From positions 218,563 to 282,562 of the forward strand of contig JAQGDQ010000305.1 in NCBI GenBank assembly GCA_030141605.1: a stretch of 64,000 nt of DNA, given 5' to 3'. Made by a program: the position numbers and the translations under genes. The notes under the pieces are model-generated. The model was not told where the DNA came from. It searched no databases and saw nothing but the letters and a program-made list of their open reading frames with translations. This DNA is from Tubiluchus corallicola. Its lineage: Eukaryota > Animalia > Priapulida. This document shows positions 1-12,692 of the stretch, in pieces. How positions within the stretch are numbered: the stretch's first letter is position 1; each line of letters opens with the position of its first letter.

Positions 1-274
1 GGCTTACTTTATTCTACATGGCTGTGGCTGGAGGGGAATCTACTGTATTGTTAAGGACAAATCCTCTAAGCTGAGTAGCTAAACCAGCAGAGGCAACTTA
101 GTTATTGATAATGATAATTTTAATATTAAGATTAGCTGGCTTAATTATATTGGTTGCATATATTTTTTTCCCTCTACAAAACGGCTGTTGGTAATGTGGC
201 ATACGATACTTAATGTATTGTGACTGGTGCATTTGTAAATTATTTGCGCTAACATTTATGCTCATATATTTCAG

Positions 275-407
275 ATATTGTGTTTTTTGGCGAGGCACTA
301 CCATCAAGGTTTTTCCATCTCATGCAGAGTGACTTCCGGATTTGCGACTTGCTATTAATAATGGGCACTTCTCTGGTGGTACAACCATTTGCATCGCTTG
401 TTGATAG
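275..407 (+). CDS. SIRT2: Sirtuin-2 (NAD-dependent deacetylase), internal exon; 5' part of the gene lies upstream of the window
   Basis: tttcag|AT...AG|gtgag; translates [45 protein letters not shown], matching the sirtuin class I motifs FGE.L and GTSL.V.P. Confidence 0.93.
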
Positions 408-889
408 GTGAGATTTCATTAATTGATTGCCACGGGTTCGCTTACATGAAGACCTTGTGCTTCATCGTCATTGTCAATGTCATCATCATCAATGTTTTAA
501 GTACAGCTATTCCCATCAAATGGGATGTGCCAATGGCATACCTCCGAGCAGCTTGATTGCTGGTAAATAGGCGCCATGCCTTGAGGTCATCTTGCCCAAC
601 TTCTTTGCAGTAAAAGCTTTTCCTGTTAAACTAGCATAACAATTTTGGAAGTGGTTAAACATGACCAGATAGAAAACTAATAATTAGAATAAACAATCAG
701 TGATAAGAATAAATGGAAATATTACATTAAGTGTTGAACTATTTGCACTTTTTGTAAGTGAATTAGGATGTGTCTGTGCAGGTTTGTAATTAAGAAATTG
801 GATTGTAGTTCGTAGATATGGGTTCAAATCTATGTTCAGCCCAAGATTTTCAGATTTCCTTTCTTTCGTCATATTTGGTTTCAATGATT

Positions 890-1049
890 TAACAAAAAGT
901 TGGCATTATAGCAAGTTTGGCATTACATGTATAACTAGATGCATTAATGCATACATTTTTATGCTAATATAGACATTTTGTCTTGCTAGAAATTGGGCAT
1001 TACGTGAAGTTGGCATTATAAAGTGGGATGTTATAACGAGGTTTGACTG
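890..1049. mobile_element. Tc1/mariner(pogo)-type MITE, partial copy; same family as 40536-40726
   Basis: Shares aaaagttggcattatagcaagtttgg and the terminus ...ttgactg|ta with the copy at 40536-40726. Confidence 0.7.
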
Positions 1050-1103
1050 TATGTAACGTGAGATAGTAACTTGTGTCACATTTTCCTTTCTTTCATTTGT
1101 TAG

Positions 1104-1155
1104 GGTTCCTGCGTCAACACCACGCTTGCTTATCAACAAGGAAAAGGCTGGTCAG
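1104..1155 (+). CDS. SIRT2: Sirtuin-2 exon
   Basis: ttag|G...CAG|gtatt; VPASTPRLLINKEKAGQ, near-identical to the SIRT2 PRLLINKEKAGQ motif; phase matches the previous exon. Confidence 0.93.
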
Positions 1156-1867
1156 GTATTTTCCTAAATTCTATCTCTTCTGAGTTTTATTTACATTAAT
1201 TTTATTTTTATTTATTTTTTTTATTTATTATTATTATCACATTCAGTACAATATAATGACATTAAGCACACAGTGACATCAAAATTATTACATCTACTGT
1301 ATTAAATTGTTATACCCCATATGTTAATAAAGATGCTTATCACCAGTTTGACAATTATCCAAATTAACCAAAGCAATGTTTTAGATGTATGGACACTAAA
1401 TGGGGTATAAGTCCATTGTTAGTGTTTTAATGTCTGCTGCATAACAACCAAAATGGCATTTTTATAACCAGCCATGAATTCTCAAATTAGAGTAATACTT
1501 GTATTCAACGAATCTATTAAAGATACACTAGCTTCCATTAGTTCATAAACTGTTTCTCTAGATGGTAACACGAGTGCTGTAAACAATATTAACATAGCAA
1601 ATTATGCTATATGCTTTGTGTAATTTGTTAGTGGAACAGTAAATTTAGCTGTAGCTGATCATCTTAACTGAATTAGCTATATTAGATCTGAATTTAGTAA
1701 ACTTTTAGAGATGACCATTGTAATTTAAAATGGTAATTTGAAAACTGTTTCCTTGTAGTCCAAAAGAAGTACCACACATTGCATTACTTTACACATTTTT
1801 GTTTAATGCAGTTTTCTGTCATTGAATAACCTGGGTTTTGCTAAAGTGTCGGTTATAACATTTTCAG

Positions 1868-1935
1868 AATAGTCCGGTAATGCGACTGTTAGGACTAGAA
1901 GAGGGTCTCGATTTTGACTCGGAAACAAATACCAG
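1868..1935 (+). CDS. SIRT2: Sirtuin-2 exon
   Basis: ttttcag|AAT...AG|gtgtg; NSPVMRLLGLEEGLDFDSETNTR, resembling the SIRT2 insertion G.G.DFDS...YR; phases 0/2 fit both neighbours. Confidence 0.88.
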
Positions 1936-2114
1936 GTGTGACCAATATTTTACATTTCAGGTGCATATGCACTAGTTTTTGTATTAATAACGGGTTTATT
2001 TTCCTGGTAACTGTGTTTTTCTGATAGTTGTAGTAATAAATTTATAGTATGTGCACAAGGTTAGTGTGATATTAACTCTGTAATTATAATACTGGTATAC
2101 CTCGGGTAGACAAG

Positions 2115-3370
2115 GTATGTGAGACCAAGATCAAGACTAAGACTGCAACTTTCAAGATCAAAGCCACTACCACAACTTTAACAATCAAGGCAATACCAAG
2201 ACTAAGATCTATTAATTCAAGACTGAGTTTCCCTAGGTATAGATCGTGATCAAGACCAAAAACTATGCTTTCACAGAAAATTGCTTTTAAGTACGTTAAA
2301 GCTGGTTTGCAATTTTTTTCCTAAGTTTTTCTGCCAGTTTTTGGGGCAGTGTAAGCTAATTGATGTGACTAACAAAGCACCCCGTCAATGGCAATGTAAT
2401 AATCTATGGTGTAATCAATCACTTGATTTTGCTGACTGGATAAGTTAGAGTTTAGATCTTCCTAGTTTAAATATATTAGTCCTAAAACCTGCATAAATAA
2501 TGATAATAATAATAAAATAAAAATAAAATAATTAAAAAGATACAAAAATTATTGTATAATTATGTTACAGTCATACTGTAAATACATAAAGCAAAAATTA
2601 TTTCCCAAAAAACCAAAAAAAGCCAAGTTTTGTAAAAATCGTGCAACTAGTATTATTCTTGAACTTGAAATTTAAATCAATATGCTGTCTGTATCTTTTA
2701 ATATTTCGGCTTACTGATGGCATTGTACCACAAATTGATCTAAATCTAAAAACAATCTAAAAATCTAAATCTAAAAAAGCCGAGTCTTCATTTCCAATAT
2801 TATGTACCTTACAGTGTACACTGTGATTGCCAAGCTTGTGCTGCAACTACAAAGTTATTAACTGCAAAATAAATATTTTGTGGTTTAGACTTCATGTTAT
2901 CGTTCTGACAAGGACTAGTGACAGTTGTTTATTTCGCAAGTAGTTTGCCTAACTACCTAATAGCCTACACACAAAATAATCAGAAGTTTTTGAATATGTT
3001 ATTTGATCGATTATGAAACTCATAGGAAATGGCAAACTAAAGTTTTTTCTTTTCATCCTTAAAGTACATTTGTGTAAGTACATGTAAGTAACAGTAAATG
3101 AAATGATGGAATGATGATGAAATAAATGATTAAATGAAACCAACAAAAATGCTGCACCAAATACATAATTTACATTAAGCTACTCTTTTGGCAAAAATGC
3201 TATTAGGTAACTTTGTCTAGCGAGTAGTGAAATTAGCTGTTCTTTGTGTACTGTGTATTAAATCTTGAGACCAGGCCTCAAGACTAAGACCAATACCACT
3301 GCATACGAGACCAAGACCAAACTGAAACTGCAGTAATGAGCTTGAGACCAAGACTGTTCTTGAGTAGCGT
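2115..3370. mobile_element. Degenerate hAT-like non-autonomous element with subterminal (AGACCA/AGACTA)n repeats
   Basis: Clusters of gagaccaagatcaagactaagac at 2120-2260 and gagaccaagaccaa / cttgagaccaagac at 3265-3365; boundaries approximate. Confidence 0.5.
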
Positions 3371-3655
3371 ATCTCATAATTTAGCTGATGCTATTTGCAT
3401 AAATTTCGTGCATCATATTGGTGTTGCGATTGCTGAAAAAGGCTTGCTCTATTCATACAAGTTCAATGTTAGTACTGTATAATAACTGTAATATTTATTT
3501 TTCGATCAGTGGCAGCACTCATAGCCTGATATTCAAGTATTTGCTTGACTGGATATTAATGCCTTTTTAGAACAAATCTTGTACTTTTCAACTTGTTTGC
3601 TTTCATGTGTCACAGCAGAAAATAAGGGTGGTCTTATGTACTGTAATCTACTTAG

Positions 3656-3722
3656 GGATGTGTTTTGGGAAGGTGACTGTGACTCTGGATGTATGAAGTT
3701 AGCGGAGGCACTTGGCTGGGAG
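3656..3722 (+). CDS. SIRT2: Sirtuin-2 exon
   Basis: cttag|G...GAG|gtgag; DVFWEGDCDSGCMKLAEALGWE (SIRT2 RDV.W.G.CD.GC..LAE.LGW). Confidence 0.92.
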
Positions 3723-3979
3723 GTGAGTTGTCTCGGGTTTATTATTAATTTATGTTATTGCTTTTGCACAAAGAAAGTATCTATTAATCAGCATTGTTTT
3801 ACTGATGTGCCATGTAAATCGTTAGCTTTATCCATTATGACATATCTCAGCCAAGGCAAAACCACAATGGAAAATAAATTCCAGAGTTTTTAATGGCATA
3901 GATTTAATTCATCTTGATGATTTGGAAAGAGTCCACGGCTAGGATAGTTAACACTTAAACACGGATTTATTGACTGAAA

Positions 3980-4110
3980 TTTTACAGACTGATTTTTGCT
4001 TTATGTTTTGTTTTACAATGTATTTTTGTCTGTTTGTCTATTTTACAAACTGATTTTTGCTTTATGTTTCATTTTGCAAAGTGTTTTATAATTTGTCTAT
4101 TTTAGCTACT
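3980..4110. repeat. Degenerate 61-bp tandem repeat
   Basis: ttttacagactgatttttgctttatgttt at 3980 recurs as ttttacaaactgatttttgctttatgttt at 4041. Confidence 0.7.
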
Positions 4111-4400
4111 TTTGTTTAATTTTTGTTTTCATTAGGATTAATTTTGCAAACATCTTTAACTTGTCTAATTTAGTACTTTTATCTAGCTTTTGCTTCTAGA
4201 TTGTATCTAATTTTATAAAGTATTTTGTGATTTACCTGTTTTAATATATGTGGAGACTTCCACAGTCTATGTATTATAATATTAGTTTTTCTTAAACTGG
4301 AATATGATTAGAAAATGATAATAGAGATTAAAAATCTGAATACTGGACTGCCTGTTTTATTGTATAACATGCTAACCATGATTATGTGATTTGCATCCAG

Positions 4401-4475
4401 GAAGAACTCAAGAAGTTGTACAAAAGCGGGCAGTGTGAGAACAAAACTACGGAAGCGGCTTCGTCCTCTAAATAA
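4401..4475 (+). CDS. SIRT2: Sirtuin-2 terminal coding exon
   Basis: ccag|GAA; EELKKLYKSGQCENKTTEAASSSK* ending TAA; phase 0 fits. Confidence 0.8.
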   Translation, partial: EELKKLYKSGQCENKTTEAASSSK

Positions 4476-5859
4476 TGATTGTTTAGAGAACCTATATGTA
4501 CAGCATGATTTAGTCTACAGTAACTTTTCATGTTTTTATACATTGCTTCAGATGTTGATCAGAATAGTATATATGTGCATTAGTAAATTAATATTATTAC
4601 ATTAAACGGGTAACAAAAGCTGTTACTCATTTTATTTATAGTATTACTAAAGCAAATGCTTTGACGTTTGTCTTGAATGATGTTGGCATAACCTTAATTT
4701 TTATTATTTTTTTACTAGAAGTGAGTGCAGCTTTTACTCTTATAAATGCTGTTTTGTGTCTTGAACTGATTACGATGCACATAGTATCTGTTGTTGTTGC
4801 TCTTTTAAGAGGTTAAGTTGTTTTTTCAAAAAGTAAGTTAGTGTGTGAAGTATGTGTAGAAATAAGGTATGCAGGCAGGGTCTGATTACCCTACAGGCTA
4901 GTATAGGCTGCAGCCTAGGGTTCTTCATGCTTGGGGAGGCAAGCTTTGGTAACATTTGGTAAAAAAAATCTGTTTTCACTAAGGCTGTGTTGAAGTATGT
5001 GTTAATTTAGTTTGCAATAAATAACCAAATAGTGGTATTCCATAAAGAATATTTTTTGATAAACACTAGATAGCTACTTTAGTTTATTTAAAGAATTTGC
5101 AATAAGTTTCCTTAAAGCTATGTAAATGGTGCTAAAATACGTCACATGAGTAAAAAATATTCAAGACTGGTAGGGACGAATTAGAGGGTGGCTGTTTTTG
5201 AGCGGCCCTAAAAAAACCCATAATCCGGCCCTGAATGCAGGCTCTTTTATTTCATATTTAACAGGAAAAATAGCGTATTTTGCATCCTGACTTAACCGTC
5301 TCCTTACTACTACAAGAAAAATAGTGATATAGAAATTCAGATATTCATTTCCATTTTTTCTTTTATATTTTGTGGTCATGTGTAAATGTTTGCCGGACAA
5401 TTATTAGCAATGACGAGATTTACATCTGAAAGCATGACGTGTTGTAAGTGTGAGTTTGGATGCAAGTGGCAATCATACATGATGTTTAATTTGCTTAAAG
5501 TGAAGATGTCTGCTAATTATCATGCACAAGGAGGATGAGTTATTGGCAGTGTGGTATACTGCAATCCATAATCTACTATTCAGCACTCAGTGGCATTTAA
5601 TACTGAATGATTGTGACAGAACTGAAATCTAGCTCATTTTCAAAGAAAATCCTCTAAGATGAAAAACTGTGCTGGCTGACTTAGCCTGATTTATATACAT
5701 TGTGTTTTCCTGCAATGAGACAACTAGTTAGATGCAGCTGCATGGAACAAAGGGGGTAGAGGCGGTCACAATGTGTGCTCAGCCTTAGGTGTGTCTGAGA
5801 AATTTGCTTTCAGGTGGTTTGGTCTGTCACTGCTTCACCTAAACGAGGGAGTATGCACT

Positions 5860-5992
5860 TCTTCTTCTTCTCAGCTTTTCCCTATGCAGGGTCACCGTTG
5901 TGAATAAGTCGTCTCCATGCATTCCTGTTGTTGACCATCTCTACATTTATGTTCTTCTCTCTAAGGTCTCCGTTAATACATTCGAACCATTC
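5860..5992 (-). mobile_element. 5'-truncated RTE-type LINE insertion with a 19-bp target-site duplication
   Basis: aaacgagggagtatgcact at 5841-5859 and 5993-6011; insert encodes an RTE-like C-terminus (WFECINGDLREKNINVEMVNNRNAWRRLIHNGDPA*) followed by a (GAA)n tail. Confidence 0.85.
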
Positions 5993-6998
5993 AAACGAGG
6001 GAGTATGCACTGACATCTGAAAATAGCTAACACAATTGCATACTAGTTCAGTACTTTGCCTTAGTGAATTATCCATGCCTATGATTCCATGAACTAGGCT
6101 GTGGTCCCATCACAACAATGTGCATTCCGTAGGCCCTGCCATTGAGTGACGGATAGTGGATACTGGCTTGCAGAGTATATAAAAAAGCATGGCAAATGAA
6201 ACTGGCCAAAAACATTGCTACGTGTTTAAATATTCTCTTCATGTACAAGGGAAGCATGTGGTTATTTTTCCTTATACAGGTGTTTTTGTACAATGAAGTG
6301 CAATATGTAATCATAGCATTATCAAAATAATGATGCAACATATAAGTGCGTCTAGTTTTTGCACACTGGACTGCTAAGCAACCTGTGTATTGTGTTATCT
6401 GGTGCTTGTCAGAAATCAATATTTCACATATTTGACAAATGCTTTGTTTCACGATTTATGGACAACCTAGGTGTGTTACTGTAATTACGTAATGTATTTT
6501 TCTTTCAATGAACTTCCAATAAATTTGTGCAGTGTCAAGTACTTGCCAAAAAATTGCGCTTTTATTAATGCTTAACTGTATATTAATAAGTCAGTGTACG
6601 TGCACAGCTATATATATTAAAAAGGCAGTATGATTATATGATTTCGTGCAGCGTTGCAATATGAGTTTCGTCTGCTGATATGGGCATTGTGATAAATGCA
6701 TTAGTGCTGCAATTATTATTTTAGTTGTGAAGATTATCAAAATTGACGTGCTGTATTTTGACATCTTCGCAATTAATATAAGATTTTAATTTGAGTTATT
6801 ACAATGGCTGAAGTGCTTTCATTGTATAGACATTACTCAGAGTTTGTTATGTAGTTGCATTAAATGAAGGCTTCAGATTGGCATTGTATGTTGATGCAGT
6901 TGTTGTTGTTAATTATGTTGAATGATTAGAATAGATGTTCTAGCATAAACTAATTTATTCTTGTTAAAAATTTAACAGAAATTGAGGGTCATTCATAC

Positions 6999-7362
6999 AT
7001 AACGATATCAAGTTTTCGGCCAATATATTGATGGACCTTTTATATTGATGTAAGCTTTTATACATTTTATACTCCTCTGTTCCCAAGGACAGGCAACAAC
7101 ATCACTTATGACTCATCAATTATCACTCATCGTTAATTAATGGGAAACCATCAATGGATTCTATTGGCATTGGCGGTGGTAGGCCCCAATTCACTAACTC
7201 ATTCTCGTCGACCCTTGTAGCATCATCTGCTGCTGGCACGCATGTGTGAAAAAAGCGCGAAGTCAGATAACGATATCATGACTAAATCGCCTACCTATCT
7301 TGTGTTATAATGGCATTATCATGTCTTCTGCCACCTACCTACCATAAACTTGATATCGTTAT
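6999..7362. mobile_element. MITE-like element with 17-bp terminal inverted repeats
   Basis: ataacgatatcaagttt (6999-7015) / aaacttgatatcgttat (7346-7362), plus an internal partial copy near 7267. Confidence 0.55.
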
Positions 7363-8156
7363 AATAAATGCCAATGGCTTCTTAACTTGGTATAAGACAT
7401 TGCGCAAACGAAGTAAAAGTTGGAAACTGAGCATGCTTTTTTTACTTGCTGTGATTTTAAAGACTTGAAGTAATCGTACTGTAGCCTCAAATTAACAGGA
7501 CAATGCAATTTCTTTATAAAAGACGCGAGATTGTGAACTGTTTAGACACATGTATTGGTGTACTAGTCTTTACATTTAAAATTCTAAATTCTTCCAACTA
7601 TGTCTGTTGTACTTACATCAATTTTTAATTCATGTTCTGATATGGATGTGTTTCTCCATCGTTCAAGCTGACATAGTATTGGGTACTTCAACTCTAAGGC
7701 GTTTACTTTGCATTTTGAAGCACAGAAAGGAAAATCACTAATTAAAGATGGGCTATTAGGTCCACAAAATAATATAGACCAAAATGATCTATAATGTACA
7801 TTTTATGCTGTTACAAAGGACCTTACGTTTTATACTGTGTGATTTTTTTGCACGGAATAGCAACCAGAAACGTGCTCAATTTTTAGGTAGTCATTTTATT
7901 AAACTAATTGTTCAATGTAAAAGCAGTTTATTTTATAAATTCAATAAACTGACTTTAGCAATTAAATTGTGCAAATATGTTTTTTGAGGATTTTGCACAC
8001 TGGTGTGTGTAATTTGAAGTTTGAATTTGCACGATATACATATATATACAATTATATATATATATAACGTATACAAGAATATGGAAAAGATTTGGCTGAT
8101 AGCATTGCAAACAAAAAAAAGCTTACAAGTAAAATTAGCAAATGTCAGCATATAAT

Positions 8157-8990
8157 TCATACATAAAACATAATTTCTGGGATCTGCCCTCCCTGGACGC
8201 CCGTTCCATTTGTACTTTCCGACGAACACTGGAACTGGAACGTGACACCATATGGCGTGCTTACTTCGCTCTGGCCCTCTTGACCAAAATAGCTGAGTTC
8301 CTGTCCATCGAGTAAAACGCTTACAGTATAGAACTTATCAGGTTCAATTTGCACGGGGTCCGTTAAGTACACAGGAATGGGGTTGCTAGACCCATCACAG
8401 AACGTTACTGTGTCATTCGCAGCTAAAATTGTTCCGGCTTGTTTTAATTCCATTTTCACTCTGTAGGAAGCAGTGCCAGTACTGGACCCATATAAACCTA
8501 ATCCGGCAATAAATATTCTTCGGTCGACAGAGAATTGAATGCTATCACAGCGCCCTCGATAGCGCCATTGGTTGCTACGATAGGCACATGATTGAAACCG
8601 ACGGCACCAGTGTGGTGTCAAACCACGGCGTGGCAATGCCGGAAAGTTCACCGATGGTTTGACGGTCGCTGTAAAATAGAGAAAAATGTCTCTAGTCTCT
8701 GGCAGTGTTAACAGTTCCGAAGACACGACTTTGTCAGCAAATTCAGTTAAGGACATCGCAGGGATACGGATGGTGTTAAAAACGTGTCTTAACACATTGC
8801 GCTTATTCTCCGGTAAAAGTTGGAGACCATGACGCGTACACTCCGCCTCTGCCCATCTGACTACGGCTTCGAATATAGAAATCTCTTTCGCGTTCAACGT
8901 CTCGCGACTAAGAACTGATTCGAGGGTGTGAAAATCGATTTCCGGAAATCCGTCTGATTTCAGAGCTAGTTCCGCTTGAGCATCGATAAC
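8157..8990 (-). CDS. BTBD3/6: BTB/POZ-BACK-PHR protein (BTBD3/BTBD6 family), last coding exon (BACK end + PHR domain)
   Basis: Acceptor gtag|GTT; VIDAQAELALKSDGF...RFQSCAYRSNQWRYRGRCDSIQFSVDRRIFIAGLGLYGS...STNGTGVQGGQIPEIMFYV*, diagnostic of BTBD3/6. Confidence 0.95.
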   Translation of the reverse strand, partial: VIDAQAELALKSDGFPEIDFHTLESVLSRETLNAKEISIFEAVVRWAEAECTRHGLQLLPENKRNVLRHVFNTIRIPAMSLTEFADKVVSSELLTLPETRDIFLYFTATVKPSVNFPALPRRGLTPHWCRRFQSCAYRSNQWRYRGRCDSIQFSVDRRIFIAGLGLYGSSTGTASYRVKMELKQAGTILAANDTVTFCDGSSNPIPVYLTDPVQIEPDKFYTVSVLLDGQELSYFGQEGQSEVSTPYGVTFQFQCSSESTNGTGVQGGQIPEIMFYV

Positions 8991-9516
8991 CTACAAAAGT
9001 GATTAGATTCCTGTGTGAAGTATTTTAATATCACCAAATTTAGACTGGTAAGGCCTGAACCATGATAACTATCGATGGTTGTACGCCAGGTTCATTCTCA
9101 AATGATGTGTATGTAAACGGCCCTGTCGTTTGCTGTTTGGCAGTGACATCTTGAGATAAAAAATCACATTTATGTCACGTTATTAACAAAACAAACGAAA
9201 CAAAACTCGGTGCAATGAGATTGCAAAATGCCCTTTTTTAAGTAATAAACTGCACCAGTTCACAATTTTCAGTAGCCTTGAGGCTCAAGTTAAATGGCTT
9301 TATTAACACCTTGTTCTTCACTTGCCTCAAAAGAAAAAATTGAAATAATGACCAAAAACACAAAAGAACCAGAGCCGAAAACGATTTTGAAGTGGTATAG
9401 TTTCGTAATAACCATGGTGATAATGCATTTCGAAGTGCTTTGGTTTAGACACGGACATCAATCAAGAATAAAATTTTAACAAATTTGTTCTTATTTTTCA
9501 GTTAAATCAAAATTAC

Positions 9517-9718
9517 CTGCCAACATCTCTCCATTAGTTCCGGTTCCTCAAACAATCTACTTTGACTCAGCAGGAGACAGGCATTTCGTGCATTGAGACT
9601 TGTCTCTAAAAAATTGACACACGCCCTTGCCAGATAAGGTAGAAGATATTTCTTTGCCGCGTACAGCGTCGCCAGTACGGTGTCAGCTTCTAAGTCAATA
9701 TCATCTGTGTACAGATAG
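9517..9718 (-). CDS. BTBD3/6: BTBD3/6 coding exon 3
   Basis: YLYTDDIDLEADTVLATLYAAKKYLLPYLARACVNFLETSLNARNACLLLSQSRLFEEPELMERCWQ; AG/GT boundaries in phase. Confidence 0.94.
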
Positions 9719-10078
9719 CTATAAAAAATAACGACCATTGTATTTATTAAAAAATCCACTATTTATGAAATGCTCAGCAAAATGTATCTATGCATAATGC
9801 AGATGTTTCACGTTTCCTGTTAAAAATATCCAGAGAGGCCAGATCACCAAAGCTAAACAACAAGAAACTGTCTAATCAACCAGTTTAACTCTGTGTAAAA
9901 ATAAAATTATGTGCATAGTCGCATAGCTAGTTTTATTATAAGGCTCGTGGTTTTGCAACATCGGTTATATTGTGTCAAATTATATATATATGTATATATG
10001 TACATAAAATGGACACACAAAAACAAAATAACTGCAGTAGACAAAGTGCTTAAAATAAACCTGGCACTTGTGACTCAC

Positions 10079-10223
10079 CGTAACATAGCAACGAATGCTG
10101 TAGGATCAACATCAGGAATTTCAACGACTTTATCATTAGCTAAGCCGCCATAGAACATTGCATAGAATACTGAACTACCTGTTGCCAATACATATTTATG
10201 TGCAGGAATTCGCCTCGAGTAAC
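10079..10223 (-). CDS. BTBD3/6: BTBD3/6 coding exon 2 (BTB core)
   Basis: [25 protein letters not shown]...[13 protein letters not shown]; tttcag| acceptor and |gtgag donor. Confidence 0.94.
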
Positions 10224-11254
10224 CTGAAACATAGCAGAGATATTCTTGCAGTTAGTCCAATTAAACTATCATACACATTTAAATGCATTAATATTATGTG
10301 AATCTGCCATCATTACAAATATACAAATACACAGCTATTGTTGCATTAATGTTCATCACCATTGCAATATTGCTATAATACAAAAGTGAAAGTATGGATA
10401 GTCTTGTAACTTTGCATTATGCCAGACTCTGTGTTGTTTTCTGTAATACCTAGAAAAACAGGAAAATCAACAACTTTAGATGCACTGTAGTTTGTACACA
10501 CTAATTACTGAAGTATTTGCTCAGCCTAATGACTTCTATGTTTAGTACAAAGAAAGCTAAAGATTTCTGATAATGCTGTCAATTTGTCATCATTTGTAGG
10601 CTTGAGATATGAGCCATATGACTGGGTAGTTCACCTAAATAACACCCAGGATTGGCTAATTATTTTTTGGTTGTGTTAATTGCATTACAATCAAATTAAT
10701 TACTACTTCATACAGCTTGTCTGCAGAAAATCTTCTAATCTATTATAAACATGATAGAACATAGAAAGAATATAACAAAGTTAGTATAGTGTTTTTTCAC
10801 TTATGTCTAGACTCATTCCTAAGTGACTGCAAATATAAGCAAACAAGCTAGAGGAAAATAATTGATAAGATCATCCAATACGACCTATGTTGGACTGAAT
10901 ATGGTCAATAGACATTATTAAGTGCTTAATTTACAATAAAAACTTTGTTGACAACAGCACACGATAATCTAAGTGATATCTGCACTACACAATAATAATA
11001 ATAATAATTTACTAAATATTTTGAAAGCATTTTACTTGATCAAATGCATCTTCCTAATTCTATCTGGTAGTAAAAGATCATAAAATTGGTAAATACTCAA
11101 GGCTATGGCACATTGTTTGATTAAAAGTACACTGAATAAAAAAAGGAAAAATAATAGAAACACGGAAAATTTAATAAAATAATAAAAGCAATGTCATAAA
11201 ACATACACAATCGTAGAAAATGCAAGATTATCTCAACTGCAGACAGTATCATTA

Positions 11255-11490
11255 AAATAGTAAGTTTTCAGACTCTTAAGATCATCAAGCGAGCTGATCA
11301 GGCATAATTGCAGCGATAAAAAATTCCACAGTTTGGGGGCAGCAGAACTGAATGACTTATCACCACATATGGCAAGCCTAGGACTTCAAGATTACTTCTG
11401 TTTGAGCTAGATCTTAATGTTCCGCGAGGGATGTGTAGTTTAAAAAGGTCTGATATGCAATTCACTTTAGCTCTGCATTCGAGCCAGAAA
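11255..11490 (-). mobile_element. L2/CR1-group LINE 3' remnant
   Basis: Frameshifted PRGTLRSS...DKSFSSAAPKLWN...KSLKTYYF, typical of the L2/CR1 RT C-terminus. Confidence 0.65.
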
Positions 11491-11512
11491 CCAGGTAAAG
11501 CTGGTAGGTTAC

Positions 11513-11804
11513 CTTCTGGTCCGACAATAAAATGAACGTCTGCCATAAGTTCATTATTTAGCATTACAGCATTTCTTTCCTGTAGACTGGTTTTTGTCGA
11601 TTGCCATCCTGATTCTTCAACCTTAGAGACTGGGACATTTTGCTTGAAAGACTTGCAGTTTGACTCTTCGGCAGAGGTCTCTCCTGTGTCCAATCTGTTT
11701 TCCTCGGCGGATGTGAGTGCCTGGGCATAATTAACATTGCTGTTTTCATCAGCAATCGCTATAGCATCATCTTGATGTTCCTCACTGGTTACGCCAACTT
11801 TCAT
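11513..11804 (-). CDS. BTBD3/6: BTBD3/6 first coding exon
   Basis: Acceptor ttttgcag| at 11819; ATG at 11804; ...WQSTKTSLQERNAVMLNNELMADVHFIVGPE|gtaac; total CDS 1473 nt (490 aa). Confidence 0.85.
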
Positions 11805-12692
11805 AATGGTTTTGTGTCCTGCAAAAAATTGTTTTGTCAATTACAATAAACACGGCTTGATATCAACAGATTTCAATGTACCTTATTAATATTAGACCTT
11901 AATTAGTGTACTGACACATTAGAAATAACTGTAAACATATATAATAAAAATGTTATATTACTGTCATTATACAGGACTCAAACAAGATAAAAACTTCAAG
12001 TTCTTACATTGTAGACTGAATTGTGCAATGTATATACAGGCAAAACAACATTAAACATGGTCAGATGCAACTTGCTGAAATGCCAAAATTAACTCTTTAT
12101 ACAAAGAACTGAGCAAGAAATAAAAAGATCGCCTAAAATTCTGATTAGCTATAGTTTCACGTTTAATGAAATTCAGAGCGGGACATGGGCAACCAATACA
12201 CTGCAACTGTTTCCAAACATTTGGCACATATGCAGTAATTGTTAGGTGCTTCGGTGATCTGTTTGCCCTGTTGGACAGCGTCATAAATTTATTAATCAAT
12301 TTTAATATGTTTGTTTTATTTTAATTTTGTATTTTTACCATATTATTTTGTCATGGCAAATATAATAAATCAAATCAAACGATCTCCTCTTTGTATGGGA
12401 TGTGAGAAAATTTATCAGTTTCCATTCAAGGGCGTATAAGGGATAGTGCGTGAGGCCCAACGGGATATCATATTTTAAAGGAATCACTGTAAACGAAAAT
12501 GTTGAAATAATAAGCAAAACGCAACAGCTAGAAATTAGTTTAATGACAATGTATTTGATAAATATGACCTTCAGTTTGCAACTGGACATAACAAATACAT
12601 GAAGATTATAGCAAATGTGTTTACGGACTGTGTGTCTCTGCATATTAGTTTTCTCCATAAGAAGTCCTAGCGATATCAAGATGCATTCTTAC

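Noticed and set aside
3579-3655. ORF-track extension of the SIRT2 exon (AENKGGLMYCNLL)
   Set aside because: Phase and homology favour the acceptor at 3655, with exon 1868-1935 supplying the missing residues.
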